DNA of 55,875 bases, taken from assembly GCA_035519195.1 (NCBI GenBank), contig DATIWU010000010.1:1-55875 (forward strand). Reading direction: 5' to 3'. Origin of the DNA: Gemmatimonadales bacterium (lineage in GTDB: Bacteria > Gemmatimonadota > Gemmatimonadetes > Gemmatimonadales > GWC2-71-9). Below the pieces are notes generated by a model, which was given only the letters and a program-made list of their open reading frames with translations, ran no database searches and had not been told where the DNA came from. Position numbers and translations under genes: made by a program. This document shows positions 11,859 through 23,754 of the stretch, piece after piece. Position 1 is the stretch's first letter. Each line of letters opens with the position of its first letter.

Positions 11859-11993
11859 GCGAACGAGGAGGTCTCCTGACTTCGGGCTCACGGCTCGCCT
11901 TCCCGGTTTCCCAGTGGCGTTGAGCCGCAGACTGCCCGTTACAGTGGCGGGGCCGCGCCGGAGTTGCACCGGCTTCCGAGTATCCCCGTTCGC
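11859..11993 (-). ncRNA. Cobalamin riboswitch
   Basis: Minus strand GGAAGCCGGTGCAACTCCGGCGCGGCCCCGCCACTGTAA...GCCACTGGGAAACCGGGAAGGC...AAGTCAGGAGACC (B12 box). P1 is GCGAACGGGG paired with CCTCGTTCGC. Upstream of btuFCDB. Confidence 0.96.
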
Positions 11994-12003
11994 TTGACTT
12001 AGT

Positions 12004-13068
12004 CTATGACTCTGTCTCTCCCGCCGCAACCGGCCGTTTTTTCAGCGCCAGCACCAGTCCCGCCACCAGTGCCAGCGCGAGCACGCCGACCGCGTACGGA
12101 ATCAAGGCCTGCGCGGAAAGTCGATTTCGGGGGAATGCGATGATCACGCTCGCTTGAGCTGGGAGCGACGGGATGCGAAAGCTCGCGAAGCGTCGCTGCT
12201 CGATGCTCTGAATTCCGTCCGATTGGACGTTGGGAGCCGTCACCTTCGTCGTCGTGTCCTCGAGCAGCAGATCGAGCTCGCCGGTCGGTTGGTCGATCGG
12301 AATCGAGAACTCCTGGACGTTCGCGGGAAGGACGTACGAGTAACTCAGCTGCTTGGCGTCGCCGGGGGGAATCGGGCCGAATACGGCGACGGTATCGGCC
12401 TTGGGCCCGCGGAGGAATACGGCTTCCGCCGAGATGTCGCCCTGGCCGGCCTGGAACTGCAGCGCGACCTCTGGAATCACGCCGTTCCAGGTGGGATGAA
12501 TCGTATCGTTCGTAATGCGCGTGACCGGCGACGGATTCTCGAGTGCCAGGAGCTCGAGCACCGGCCGGGTGCCGTCATTCTTGTCCCGCCGGGCGATCGT
12601 CACGAGCCGGCGCTGGACGCGAATGGCGGGACCGCTGGACGCGGTATCGTAGACCATGATCGGCTGAAGCTCGGCCGAGCGGCCGCCACTCACCGGCACC
12701 GGCTCCGAGAAGTAGGCGATGCCGTGGTACCAGCTACTCGCGACGTACATCGCCCCCGTGTCCACCCGCGCGATCACGAAGCGATAGCTTCCATCGCCGG
12801 CCGTGCGCATCGAGTCGATCGGCCCGCCCTTCCCCTCCATGCCGACGTGATGCAGCACCACCCAGCCGCCCGGCACGGGTTTCCTGGTCGGCCCGTTGAC
12901 GACCTTCCCGGTAACAACGACCTGCTGCCCCGCGAGCCCGGCGCAGCAGGCAGCGGTCAGCAGCAGCGGAATGACGAGGACGTTACGGCGTGAACTTGCC
13001 GAAATCTTCAGGATCGAGGTTCTGCAGGTATGTCTTGAGTGCGTCGGTATCGAGCGGTGAGGGACCAC
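12004..13068 (-). CDS. Hypothetical exported protein with carboxypeptidase-regulatory-like (Ig) domain and C-terminal membrane anchor
   Basis: Hydrophobic signal segment begins near 12981, followed by VTGKVVNG...PVPG...RTAGDGSYRF; C-terminal TM helix then KKR. Start codon uncertain; nearest in-frame GTG is 13068. Confidence 0.7.
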   Translation of the reverse strand: MVPHRSIPTHSRHTCRTSILKISASSRRNVLVIPLLLTAACCAGLAGQQVVVTGKVVNGPTRKPVPGGWVVLHHVGMEGKGGPIDSMRTAGDGSYRFVIARVDTGAMYVASSWYHGIAYFSEPVPVSGGRSAELQPIMVYDTASSGPAIRVQRRLVTIARRDKNDGTRPVLELLALENPSPVTRITNDTIHPTWNGVIPEVALQFQAGQGDISAEAVFLRGPKADTVAVFGPIPPGDAKQLSYSYVLPANVQEFSIPIDQPTGELDLLLEDTTTKVTAPNVQSDGIQSIEQRRFASFRIPSLPAQASVIIAFPRNRLSAQALIPYAVGVLALALVAGLVLALKKRPVAAGETES

Positions 13069-13513
13069 CGGATTCGCCTTCACCGCCTCCACCCTCGCCG
13101 GAGCCCGACGGTTCGCTCGTGTCCACGGACGTGAGGGCAAGGAGGTTATCGCTCGTGAAGATGGGTGCCTTGAGGCGGAGCGCGATGGCGATCGAGTCCG
13201 AGGGCCGCGCGTCGATTTGAATGACCGCGTCGCCGCGGTAGACGTGCAGCTCCGCGTAGTACGTGTTTTCCTTCACCTGGGTGATGATGACCTTGCGAAG
13301 ATCCGCCCCCAGACCCACGATCACCTGCTTCAAGAGATCGTGCGTGAGCGGCCGTGCGAATTTCACGCCGGCGAGCTCCATCGCGATCGCGCTCGCTTCT
13401 GCGGGGCCGATCCAGATCGGCAGGACCCGCTCCCCTTCGCGCTCCTGCAGAATGACGACCGGCGTGTTGGTCGTGCGATCGAGCCCCAGATGGGCCACAC
13501 GGACTTCAATCAC
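12983..13513 (-). CDS. Bifunctional nuclease family protein (DUF151)
   Basis: VILQE...LPIWIGPAEA, RPLTHDL, IDARPSDSIAIALR. Confidence 0.93.
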   Translation of the reverse strand: MIEVRVAHLGLDRTTNTPVVILQEREGERVLPIWIGPAEASAIAMELAGVKFARPLTHDLLKQVIVGLGADLRKVIITQVKENTYYAELHVYRGDAVIQIDARPSDSIAIALRLKAPIFTSDNLLALTSVDTSEPSGSGEGGGGEGESGGPSPLDTDALKTYLQNLDPEDFGKFTP

Positions 13514-13523
13514 AACCGAACGA

Positions 13524-16090
<2,567 letters not shown>

Positions 16091-16108
16091 GGGCCCGGGA
16101 GCCTCCGT

Positions 16109-17911
16109 TTAGGCCTTCAAGCTAGCGGGCCACCGGCGCACCGGCAACCGCGCATCGGGATCGAGCAGTTTGAGATCGATCGCTTCGGCCAACGCGAGGC
16201 GCAAAATATCGAGCACGTCATCCGCGGTGCGTGCGTCGAGTGCTGCCGCGGCCGCCGCGCGGGCGCGCGCCTCACTCACCTGGCGCACGATCCACTTGAT
16301 GAGCGGGAGCGCGGGCGGAGCGACCGAAAGCGTTTGGTAGCCCAGCCCAAGCAAGAGAAATGCCAGAAGTGGCTCCGAGGCCATTTCGCCGCATACGCTT
16401 GCCGGTTTGCCGGCCGCGCGTGCCGCATCCGCTACCATTTTGAGGAGCCGCAGCACACTCGGATCGTGCGGCGTAAACCGGTCGGCCAGACGCGCGTTAC
16501 CACGATCCACGACCAGCGTGTACTGCGTGAGATCGTTTGACCCGATGCTCACGAAGTCGCTCGCGGCGGCCACCCGGTCCGCGATCACGGCCGCTGCGGG
16601 TGTCTCGATCATGACGCCCAGGGGAATGCGTGGCGCGGCGTCCACACTCTCCCGCGCGAGGCGCTCGGCCTCGTCTATAACGAGCTCCCGCGTGCGATCG
16701 ATTTCCTCGATGCGCGTTACGAGCGGAATCATCAACTGAATCTCGGCGTGCGCGGCGGCGCGCAGCGCCGCGCGAATCTGCGTCCGCAACAGCTCCGGGT
16801 GATCGAGGCACACGCGAATCGCGCGCCACCCGAGGAACGGATTGGCTTCGTCCGGCGCCTGGAACGGCAGCGGCATCTTGTCGCCGCCCAGGTCATAGGT
16901 CCGCACCACCACGGGCTGTCCGGGAAACGCCTCGCCCACGCGCCGGAAATAGGCGGCCTGCTCGTCTTCGGTCGGCAGATTGCTGCGCCCCGCAATCAGA
17001 AACTCGGTGCGCAGCAGGCCCACGCCCTCCGCGCGGTGTTCCTGGGCGGCGCGAATCTCCTCGGGAAGATCGACGTTCCCACGCAGGTGCAGCCGGACGC
17101 CGTCCTTCGTGACCGCCGGCCGGTCCACCACCTGCTCGAGCTGTGCATCGAGCTCGCGGCGCCGCGCCTCGCCCCCGCGCGCCTCCGCGATATCCGCCGA
17201 GCTCGGATTGAGGAGCACGGTGCCGCGCGTGCCGTCGACCACGAGCATGGTTCCCGAGATAATCCGCTCGGCGGCGCCCTCGAGTCCCATCACGGCGGGG
17301 ATTCCCATCGAATGGGCGAGAATCGCCGCGTGGGACGTACGCGTGCCGGTCTCGCTCACGAGCCCGATGACGCGCTCGCGGGGCACCTGCACCGTCAGGC
17401 CTGGTTGAATCTCCTTGGCGACGATCACGACGGGCTCGTCGAGCTCGTCCCAGAGATGGTCGGCACCGCGGTGCAGCAGGTGCTCGAGCACGCGGGTCGT
17501 GACGCCACTCAGATCCACGAGGCGTTCACGGAGCCGCGCGTTGCCGGTCGCGCTCCACAGGTCGCGCATCTCCAGGGCCTTGAACTCGTACGCCTTCTCG
17601 GCCGTGAGATGATTTTCCTTGATGAGGCTCTCCACGCCGGCAAGAAATTCCCTGTCCTCGAGCATCAGAATCTGCGCATCGAAAATGCGCGCTTCATCGA
17701 TCCCCGCTCGGTCCCGGGCGCGGGCCTTCAGCTCGAGCAGATGCCGCTTCACATCGCTCACGGCCGCCTTGAGACGCCGCACCTCGCCGCGGACCTGGGA
17801 GCGCGGCACGACCCGCGCCGGCACTTCGGGCATCGTGAGCCGGACGACGAGCGCGGGGCCGATCGCGATCCCGGGGGACACGCCGATGCCCCGCAGCGCG
17901 CGATCGGTCAT
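16109..17911 (-). CDS. ptsI: Phosphoenolpyruvate-protein phosphotransferase (PTS enzyme I)
   Basis: RTSHAAILA (phospho-His), GVGLLRTEF, NPFLGWRAIR, GSNDLTQY, CGEMA. Confidence 0.96.
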   Translation of the reverse strand: MTDRALRGIGVSPGIAIGPALVVRLTMPEVPARVVPRSQVRGEVRRLKAAVSDVKRHLLELKARARDRAGIDEARIFDAQILMLEDREFLAGVESLIKENHLTAEKAYEFKALEMRDLWSATGNARLRERLVDLSGVTTRVLEHLLHRGADHLWDELDEPVVIVAKEIQPGLTVQVPRERVIGLVSETGTRTSHAAILAHSMGIPAVMGLEGAAERIISGTMLVVDGTRGTVLLNPSSADIAEARGGEARRRELDAQLEQVVDRPAVTKDGVRLHLRGNVDLPEEIRAAQEHRAEGVGLLRTEFLIAGRSNLPTEDEQAAYFRRVGEAFPGQPVVVRTYDLGGDKMPLPFQAPDEANPFLGWRAIRVCLDHPELLRTQIRAALRAAAHAEIQLMIPLVTRIEEIDRTRELVIDEAERLARESVDAAPRIPLGVMIETPAAAVIADRVAAASDFVSIGSNDLTQYTLVVDRGNARLADRFTPHDPSVLRLLKMVADAARAAGKPASVCGEMASEPLLAFLLLGLGYQTLSVAPPALPLIKWIVRQVSEARARAAAAAALDARTADDVLDILRLALAEAIDLKLLDPDARLPVRRWPASLKA

Positions 17912-18228
17912 GTGGTCTGCTCCGGCTCTTCAAACTCGTCGGACTCGCTCGGCAGCTCCATTTCGTTGAATCCCGAGGCGATGAGCGCCGTGAGCGCGTC
18001 CATGGCCTCGACCGCGTCGTCGCCGTCGGTTCGCAGCATCACCTGCGCACCGTATTCCGCGGCGAGCATCATCACGCCCATGATGCTCTTCCCGTTGACG
18101 GTGAGATCGTCCTTCCGCGCCTCGATATTCGAACGGAACCGATTGGCGACCTTGACGAACTCGGCGGCGGGCCGCGCGTGCACGCCGAGTGGATTCACAA
18201 TCGTCACCGCGCGCTCGACTACCGCCAT
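17908..18228 (-). CDS. ptsH: Phosphocarrier protein HPr
   Basis: GVHARPAA (His15) and NGKSIMGVM (Ser46). Confidence 0.95.
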   Translation of the reverse strand: MAVVERAVTIVNPLGVHARPAAEFVKVANRFRSNIEARKDDLTVNGKSIMGVMMLAAEYGAQVMLRTDGDDAVEAMDALTALIASGFNEMELPSESDEFEEPEQTT

Positions 18229-18959
18229 AGCCACGCCACGAGCAAGGCCACCGCAACCGTCACGAGACCGAAGCGCAGCCCGTTGAGCGCGACCCTGCCC
18301 GTGCGCAGCAGCAGCAGGCCGGCGGCGGCGACACCCACCACCACGATGCGCGCCCAGGGCGCGAACGGCGCACTCAGGTAGCCGGCCGCGAGCGGAAGGG
18401 CCGCGCCCAGGGCGAGAGCCATGGCGGGACGAACCAACGCCCCGGCACGCAACAGAGCCGGATGCCGTAACGCCGACGCGACCTGCAAGCCCGACGCCCA
18501 GCCTGCCTGAAGCGCCCACCAGCGCAACACGAGATGCCCGATGTTGTAGAGGACGAGGAATCCTCCGATCGCCCATGCACCGAATCCCAGCGCGACGAGC
18601 ACGAGCGCGAGTCCCGAGTTGAACGGCAACCAACCCGCCCAGACCAGTTGATCGCCCACAGAGCCGAGCGGACCGCACAGCGCCGTGCGCAACCGGTCCA
18701 CTTGGTCCGGCGTGGTGCCGTCGTGTTCGGCGCGTGCCGCCGCGCCGACCGCGAGGCCACAGAGGTACGGGTGCGCGTTGAAGAAATGCGCGCTCCGCGC
18801 CACCGCGCCGGGATACGCCTGACGCGGCAGATCGCGCAGCAATGGCTCTTCCGCCACGCCGAACCCGACGCCCTGCATGCGCTCGTAGTTCCACGAGCCC
18901 TGCACGGTGAGCAGTCGCAGCAGCGCGCGTCCGAGAGCCGGTGACGAATTCACCTTCAC
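18219..18959 (-). CDS. PTS mannose/fructose/sorbose family IID component
   Basis: QGSWNYERMQ, FFNAHPY, GPLGSVGD, LYN motifs. Confidence 0.92.
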   Translation of the reverse strand: MKVNSSPALGRALLRLLTVQGSWNYERMQGVGFGVAEEPLLRDLPRQAYPGAVARSAHFFNAHPYLCGLAVGAAARAEHDGTTPDQVDRLRTALCGPLGSVGDQLVWAGWLPFNSGLALVLVALGFGAWAIGGFLVLYNIGHLVLRWWALQAGWASGLQVASALRHPALLRAGALVRPAMALALGAALPLAAGYLSAPFAPWARIVVVGVAAAGLLLLRTGRVALNGLRFGLVTVAVALLVAWLWR

Positions 18960-19633
18960 CGGAGCCACGCGCCCGCCACCCCGCCCAGCAACCCTGCAGC
19001 GAACCATCCAATTGCCGATCCCCGACCAATGAGCCGAACTGTGCCTGAAGTCCCCGCCGCAATGACCGCTCCGGTGGCGGCGGCAGCGAGGAGCACCGCG
19101 CCGCGCACGTGAATCGTCTGCCCCGGCAGGGCGTGCGTACCGGTCGCGAGTACGAGTCCTGAGCCCGTGACGAGCAGCGCCCGCACGGCATCGCGGCCGA
19201 TGCTCGCCACGTGCAACCGCATCAACGCCTGCGTATCGCCCGCCTCGAGCGCGGGGGCTGCCCGGTGCACCGCGTTGGTGTTCAACCGGCGCACCGCGTT
19301 CATGCTTACGCCCCCGAGGAGACCTGTAAAGAGCCCGACTACCGCTCCGAGACCCAGGCCCAGGGCGCCGGAAAGCAGGTGTGCCGTGGCAGTGGCCGCC
19401 ACGGTTGCCGGCCCGTACTCGGGGTACCGGGACGCGCCGAGCGGGAGGATGTCGTACTGCAACAATTCGAACATCACGCCGATCCGGAGCCCCGAGGGCA
19501 GGTCGCCCAGAATCGCGCCCGCGATCGCCCCGGCGACGATCGGTCGGGCGATCATGGATTGCATCACACTCGTCAGATCGAGACCGACGAGCGTTCCCCA
19601 GCCGAGCAGCAGGACCGCCACCTCGAAACTCAT
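18956..19633 (-). CDS. PTS mannose/fructose/sorbose family IIC component
   Basis: Hydrophobic; RPIVAG...GD...GL..G...EL...LPLGA motif; lies between IIB and IID. Confidence 0.85.
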   Translation of the reverse strand: MSFEVAVLLLGWGTLVGLDLTSVMQSMIARPIVAGAIAGAILGDLPSGLRIGVMFELLQYDILPLGASRYPEYGPATVAATATAHLLSGALGLGLGAVVGLFTGLLGGVSMNAVRRLNTNAVHRAAPALEAGDTQALMRLHVASIGRDAVRALLVTGSGLVLATGTHALPGQTIHVRGAVLLAAAATGAVIAAGTSGTVRLIGRGSAIGWFAAGLLGGVAGAWLR

Positions 19634-20100
19634 GTGAACTCCGTCAGGGGCACCGCGCGGGCAGTCGGCACGTCCTGCGCGGTGACTTCGATGCCTTGCG
19701 CGGCGAGTCGCCGCAGCTGATCCACTTCGGTATCGCTCAGGTAGACGAAGCGCAAGCGCTCGGTTCGGCCCGCCCGGTGATGAATCCCGCCGATATTCAC
19801 GCGCCTGACCCGATGGCAATGCTCGGTCAGCGAGGCGAGCGTTGCGACGTCGGGCGTGAGCACGATCCCCGCTCGCGGGTCCTGATCCCAGACCTCGAGG
19901 CGCGCCGCCGCCTCGGAGATCGATGCGAAGATCACTTCGATCTCGGGCGGTACGCCCATGCGATACAGATCCTGCTCCCACGGGCTGGCGCGCACCGCAT
20001 CGTCGACCAGCACGATGAACCCGACGTTCAACGGCTGTCCCCAGCCTACGACCACCTGCCCGTGAATGAGCCGGTCGTCGATCCGGACCAGCTTGATCAT
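19630..20100 (-). CDS. PTS mannose/fructose/sorbose family IIB component
   Basis: RIDDRLIHGQV, VNIGGI. Confidence 0.94.
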   Translation of the reverse strand: MIKLVRIDDRLIHGQVVVGWGQPLNVGFIVLVDDAVRASPWEQDLYRMGVPPEIEVIFASISEAAARLEVWDQDPRAGIVLTPDVATLASLTEHCHRVRRVNIGGIHHRAGRTERLRFVYLSDTEVDQLRRLAAQGIEVTAQDVPTARAVPLTEFT

Positions 20101-20477
20101 GCCGCGGGCGTGCGGATCGCCCGGGTACCCGCCGAGGCCGCGCGCGCGGCGGCGGCGTCGGGTGTCACGTCCCGATGAAACACGAAGTCGAGCAGCATCG
20201 CGAGGTTCACGCCCGTCACTACGGCCAGGTCGGAGCGGCCGCGGGCGTAGGAGACCGCGCCCGTCAGACAGGAGCCACCGGGAAGGTCGATGAACAAGAC
20301 GGCGGGGCCCGATCCGACCGCGGTGGTGAGATTGTTGAAGAGCGCCTGCCGGTCGCAGCCCTCGTTCGAGACCGGTACGAGCGCGTCCGTCACACCCGTG
20401 ATCGTCTCGACCGCGCCGATCATCGCCTGCGCCAGTCCGGCATGAGAGACGATCACGCCCCGCAGCGGTTCACTCAT
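20097..20477 (-). CDS. PTS mannose/fructose family IIA component
   Basis: VIVSHAGLA, DLPGGS, VTGVNLAMLL. Confidence 0.92.
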   Translation of the reverse strand: MSEPLRGVIVSHAGLAQAMIGAVETITGVTDALVPVSNEGCDRQALFNNLTTAVGSGPAVLFIDLPGGSCLTGAVSYARGRSDLAVVTGVNLAMLLDFVFHRDVTPDAAAARAASAGTRAIRTPAA

Positions 20478-21438
20478 AGTCCTCTTCGAGGTATTCCTGC
20501 AGCTCGCGCCGCTCGGCCATGCGCTGGATCAGCCGTTCGTTGAATCGCTTGGCCGAATCCACGCCCGAGTAGCGCAGCAGGTGGCTCATGGCGACCACTT
20601 CGCAGATCACCGTAAGGTTCTTGCCTGGATTCAGCGGCACGGTGACGATCGGCACGGCAACCTCGAGAATGTCCGTTTTTTCCTGGTCCAACCCAGTGCG
20701 GTCGTACTCCCGTGACGCATCCCAGTCCGCGAGCTGGACCACGACCTCGATGCGCTTCTGCTGTCGCACGGCGCGCACGCCGAACATCGCCTGGATGTCG
20801 ATCAGTCCGATCCCGCGAATCTCCATGTAGTGCCGCGCCAGCTCGTGCCCGCGGCCGATCAGGACGTCGTTGCCGCGGCGGCTGATGTGGACCACGTCAT
20901 CCGCGACGAGCCGATGGCCCCGCTCCACCAGATCGAGCACACACTCGCTCTTCCCGATGCCGGAACGCCCTACGAACAGCAGCCCGACGCCGAAGACGTC
21001 GGCCAGCGAGCCGTGGAACGTCGTGGTGGGAGCGAACGACTCATCGAGAAACGGTTTCAGCCGCCGGAAAAATTCCGATGTCTTGAGCTTCGTGCGGATG
21101 ACGGCCACGCCTTTCTGGCGGGCGAGTTCGAGCAGCTCGGCGGGGGCGTCCTGCCCTTTCGTGATGACGACACACGGGATGTCGAAGCTGAAGAACTTCT
21201 CCAATGAGTGCCGCCGCGCCGCCGGATCGAGTGACGCGAGGTAGGTGATCTCCGTCTGTCCCAGCACGTGGATGCGCGCCTGCGCGAATCGCGCCGTGTA
21301 GCCGGCCAGCACGAGACCCGGGCTCGAGGCTTCGGGCGTGGTCATGACGCGGTCCAGCCCGCTATCGCCCGTCAGGGCCTCGAGCTGGAGCAGATCGCCC
21401 TTGCGCTCGAGCAGCTCGCGAACTTTCGGGGGCATCAA
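20470..21438 (-). CDS. hprK: HPr(Ser) kinase/phosphatase
   Basis: GRSGIGKSE, GHRLVADD, MEIRGIG. Confidence 0.97.
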   Translation of the reverse strand: MMPPKVRELLERKGDLLQLEALTGDSGLDRVMTTPEASSPGLVLAGYTARFAQARIHVLGQTEITYLASLDPAARRHSLEKFFSFDIPCVVITKGQDAPAELLELARQKGVAVIRTKLKTSEFFRRLKPFLDESFAPTTTFHGSLADVFGVGLLFVGRSGIGKSECVLDLVERGHRLVADDVVHISRRGNDVLIGRGHELARHYMEIRGIGLIDIQAMFGVRAVRQQKRIEVVVQLADWDASREYDRTGLDQEKTDILEVAVPIVTVPLNPGKNLTVICEVVAMSHLLRYSGVDSAKRFNERLIQRMAERRELQEYLEEDYE

Positions 21439-21743
21439 GCCTCTTTTCGGACCGCCGTACGCGAGCGGCGCAGCGGGACTTTGTCGAGTTGCCGCCGCAG
21501 CTTTGCGAACGCGCGATCGAGCGCGGTGCGATGATCCGGGGCGCTGCCGACGGCCGAGTGCAGCCGCCGCCCGCCGCGGTGCAACCGGATTTCCACGGTC
21601 AAAGCGCCATCCTCCACGTCGAAAATCACGCGCGCGTCTTCCGACCGCCTCGCGACCCGCTCGAGCCGATCGATCAACGCCTGGGCACGCTCCCGAAGCT
21701 CGTCGGGGATTTCACAGTGACGGGCAGCAATGATGGTACGCAC
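21435..21743 (-). CDS. hpf: Ribosome hibernation factor HPF/RaiA family (short form)
   Basis: IAARHCEI...ALDRAFAKLRRQL; classical position upstream of hprK. Confidence 0.75.
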   Translation of the reverse strand: MRTIIAARHCEIPDELRERAQALIDRLERVARRSEDARVIFDVEDGALTVEIRLHRGGRRLHSAVGSAPDHRTALDRAFAKLRRQLDKVPLRRSRTAVRKEA

Positions 21744-21745
21744 CT

Positions 21746-22864
21746 TCAACCCTTCCCTTCCGCAATGACACGTTCCAGATGGGCCTCGGTGGCGCGCGCG
21801 GCGCGCTCCCATGAGAGGGAGACGGCAAACGCGCGCGCCGCGCTTCCGAGGCGGGCTACAAGACCGGGATCACGCGCCAGCTCGACCATGCGGGCCGCCA
21901 GCGCGCGGATATCGCCGTGCGGGACGAGGAAGCCGGTCTCGCGGTCGTGCACCGATTCCCTGAGCCCGGGACTGTTCGAGGCCAGCGCCGGGGTCCCGCA
22001 GGCCGCGGCTTCCACGTTGGTGATGCCCCACCCCTCCTTGGGGCTCGCCAGCACCACGGCCCAGGCGCGCCGCAACAGGCGCCGCTTCTCCTCTGCCGAG
22101 ACGAACCCCAGGAAGCGGACCGCGTCCGCGATTCCCAGGGTTGTGGCCAGTCGCTCGAGCCGCGACCGGTCGTCGCCCTGACCCGCGATCTCGAGCGTCA
22201 CGCCCGGCTCCGCGGCTCGAGCCGCCGCGAGCCCCCGCAACGCGATCTCTACTCCTTTATAACGCTTGAGGCGGCCCAGGTACAGGAATGTGGGGCGCGC
22301 GGCCCGCGGGGTCCCGGGATCCGGCGCATACCAATCCGCGTCGACCCCAGGATAAATCACCACGATCCGATCGGCCCGCACACCACGGCGGATCAGATCG
22401 TCGCGGGTACTCTCCGAAATGGCGTGAAACGCCGCGCGGCGATACATCCGCGCGAGCGGCAGCTCCGCCGCCCAGACGGCGCCCGCGACACACCAGTTGG
22501 CCTCGACGAACGCCGTGGTTCCGAACAGATGGGGAACGATGGCGCAGAAGGGCAATGACGTAAGGTTCGCGAGGAACAGGGGAAGCTTGTTGATGTCTTC
22601 CACGACGACGTCATACGCGCGCGTCGTGAGCAGGCGCCGCACGGCTCCACGGGCCGAAAGCGCAAAGCCGTAGCGCGTGCCGAAACGGTGCACCCGCATG
22701 CCGTCCTCCACCGTTTCGCGCGGCGCACCGCGCCACCCGCTCGCCACGAGGTCGATGTCATGTCCCCAGGACGCCAGGCGTCCGAAGATCTCATGCAGAT
22801 GAATTTCGGCGCCGCCCGCCTGTGGGTTCTGCCGGTCGTTCCAGTTGACGAGCAGAATCCTCAC
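21746..22864 (-). CDS. Glycosyltransferase family 4
   Basis: NPQAGGAE, YLGRLKRYKG, EGWGITNVEAAACG (EX7E motif). Confidence 0.92.
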   Translation of the reverse strand: MRILLVNWNDRQNPQAGGAEIHLHEIFGRLASWGHDIDLVASGWRGAPRETVEDGMRVHRFGTRYGFALSARGAVRRLLTTRAYDVVVEDINKLPLFLANLTSLPFCAIVPHLFGTTAFVEANWCVAGAVWAAELPLARMYRRAAFHAISESTRDDLIRRGVRADRIVVIYPGVDADWYAPDPGTPRAARPTFLYLGRLKRYKGVEIALRGLAAARAAEPGVTLEIAGQGDDRSRLERLATTLGIADAVRFLGFVSAEEKRRLLRRAWAVVLASPKEGWGITNVEAAACGTPALASNSPGLRESVHDRETGFLVPHGDIRALAARMVELARDPGLVARLGSAARAFAVSLSWERAARATEAHLERVIAEGKG

Positions 22865-23271
22865 AGGAGCCCGAGCTCGCGAGCGATGGAGTCGAGCACG
22901 CCGTTCACGAACGCCGGCGCCTTGGGTCCCGCGAACCATTGCGCGAGCTTCACGGCTTCGTCGATCACCACGCGGGGAGGCGTGACGCCCTGCGCGAGCT
23001 CCGCCAGGGCGAGGCGCAGGAGGTTCCGCTCCACGATACCGACGCGCTCGAAGCGCCAGTTCTGCGCCGCGCGAGTCACCCGCTGATCGAACTCGGGCGC
23101 GCGGGTGATCGCGTGCTCCGCCAGCTCCGCTCCCCGATCCGGTTGGGGCGGCGGTCCCGCAAGGACCGCCACCTGCGCCACGACGGCCTTGAGCGACGGC
23201 CTGCCGGTCATGTCCCACGCGTATAACAGCTGGAGCGCGCGCGCCCGCGCCTTAGTCTCGGGGCGCAGCAC
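22861..23271 (-). CDS. nusB: Transcription antitermination factor NusB
   Basis: RARALQLLY, NWRFER, VVIDEAVKLA, FVNGVLD. Confidence 0.95.
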   Translation of the reverse strand: MLRPETKARARALQLLYAWDMTGRPSLKAVVAQVAVLAGPPPQPDRGAELAEHAITRAPEFDQRVTRAAQNWRFERVGIVERNLLRLALAELAQGVTPPRVVIDEAVKLAQWFAGPKAPAFVNGVLDSIARELGLL

Positions 23272-23749
23272 GGCCCAGCTGCGCCAGCACCGAGGCGGTG
23301 CTGAGCGCGGCCTCGGTGGCCTCGTATCCCTTGTTGCCGGCCGGACCGCCCGCGCGGTCCAGCGCCTGCTCGAGGGATTCCGTGGTCAGCACGCCGAAGC
23401 CCACCGGCACCTGGTGAGCGATGGCGACATTCGCGAGGCCGCGAGATGCTTCACCCGCCACGTAGTCGAAATGCGCCGTCTCTCCGCGGATCACGCACCC
23501 CAGCGCCACAATCGCCGCGTAGCGCCCACTCGCCGCCGCGGCCTCGGCAACCACAGGCAGCTCGAACGCGCCCGGCACCCACAGGACGTCGACGCGCGCG
23601 TCCGGAACCCCGTGCTCGTCCAGGCACTGGCGCGCGCCTTCGAGCAGCCGGCTCGTGATGCGCTCATTGTACCGGCTCACCACGACCGCGATGCGGCCGG
23701 TCCGCGGAGCGCTCGGAGTGGCTGCGAATTCGGGTGGGGGGGGGACCAC
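23252..23749 (-). CDS. ribH: 6,7-dimethyl-8-ribityllumazine synthase
   Basis: VPGAFELP, LGCVIRGETAHFDYV, GNKG. Confidence 0.96.
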   Translation of the reverse strand: MVPPPPEFAATPSAPRTGRIAVVVSRYNERITSRLLEGARQCLDEHGVPDARVDVLWVPGAFELPVVAEAAAASGRYAAIVALGCVIRGETAHFDYVAGEASRGLANVAIAHQVPVGFGVLTTESLEQALDRAGGPAGNKGYEATEAALSTASVLAQLGRAAPRD

Positions 23750-23754
23750 GCGCC

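Noticed and set aside
16091..16108. SAM riboswitch upstream of metK or FMN riboswitch upstream of ribD
   Set aside because: The intergenic gaps are only 18 nt and 9 nt; there is no room for an aptamer.
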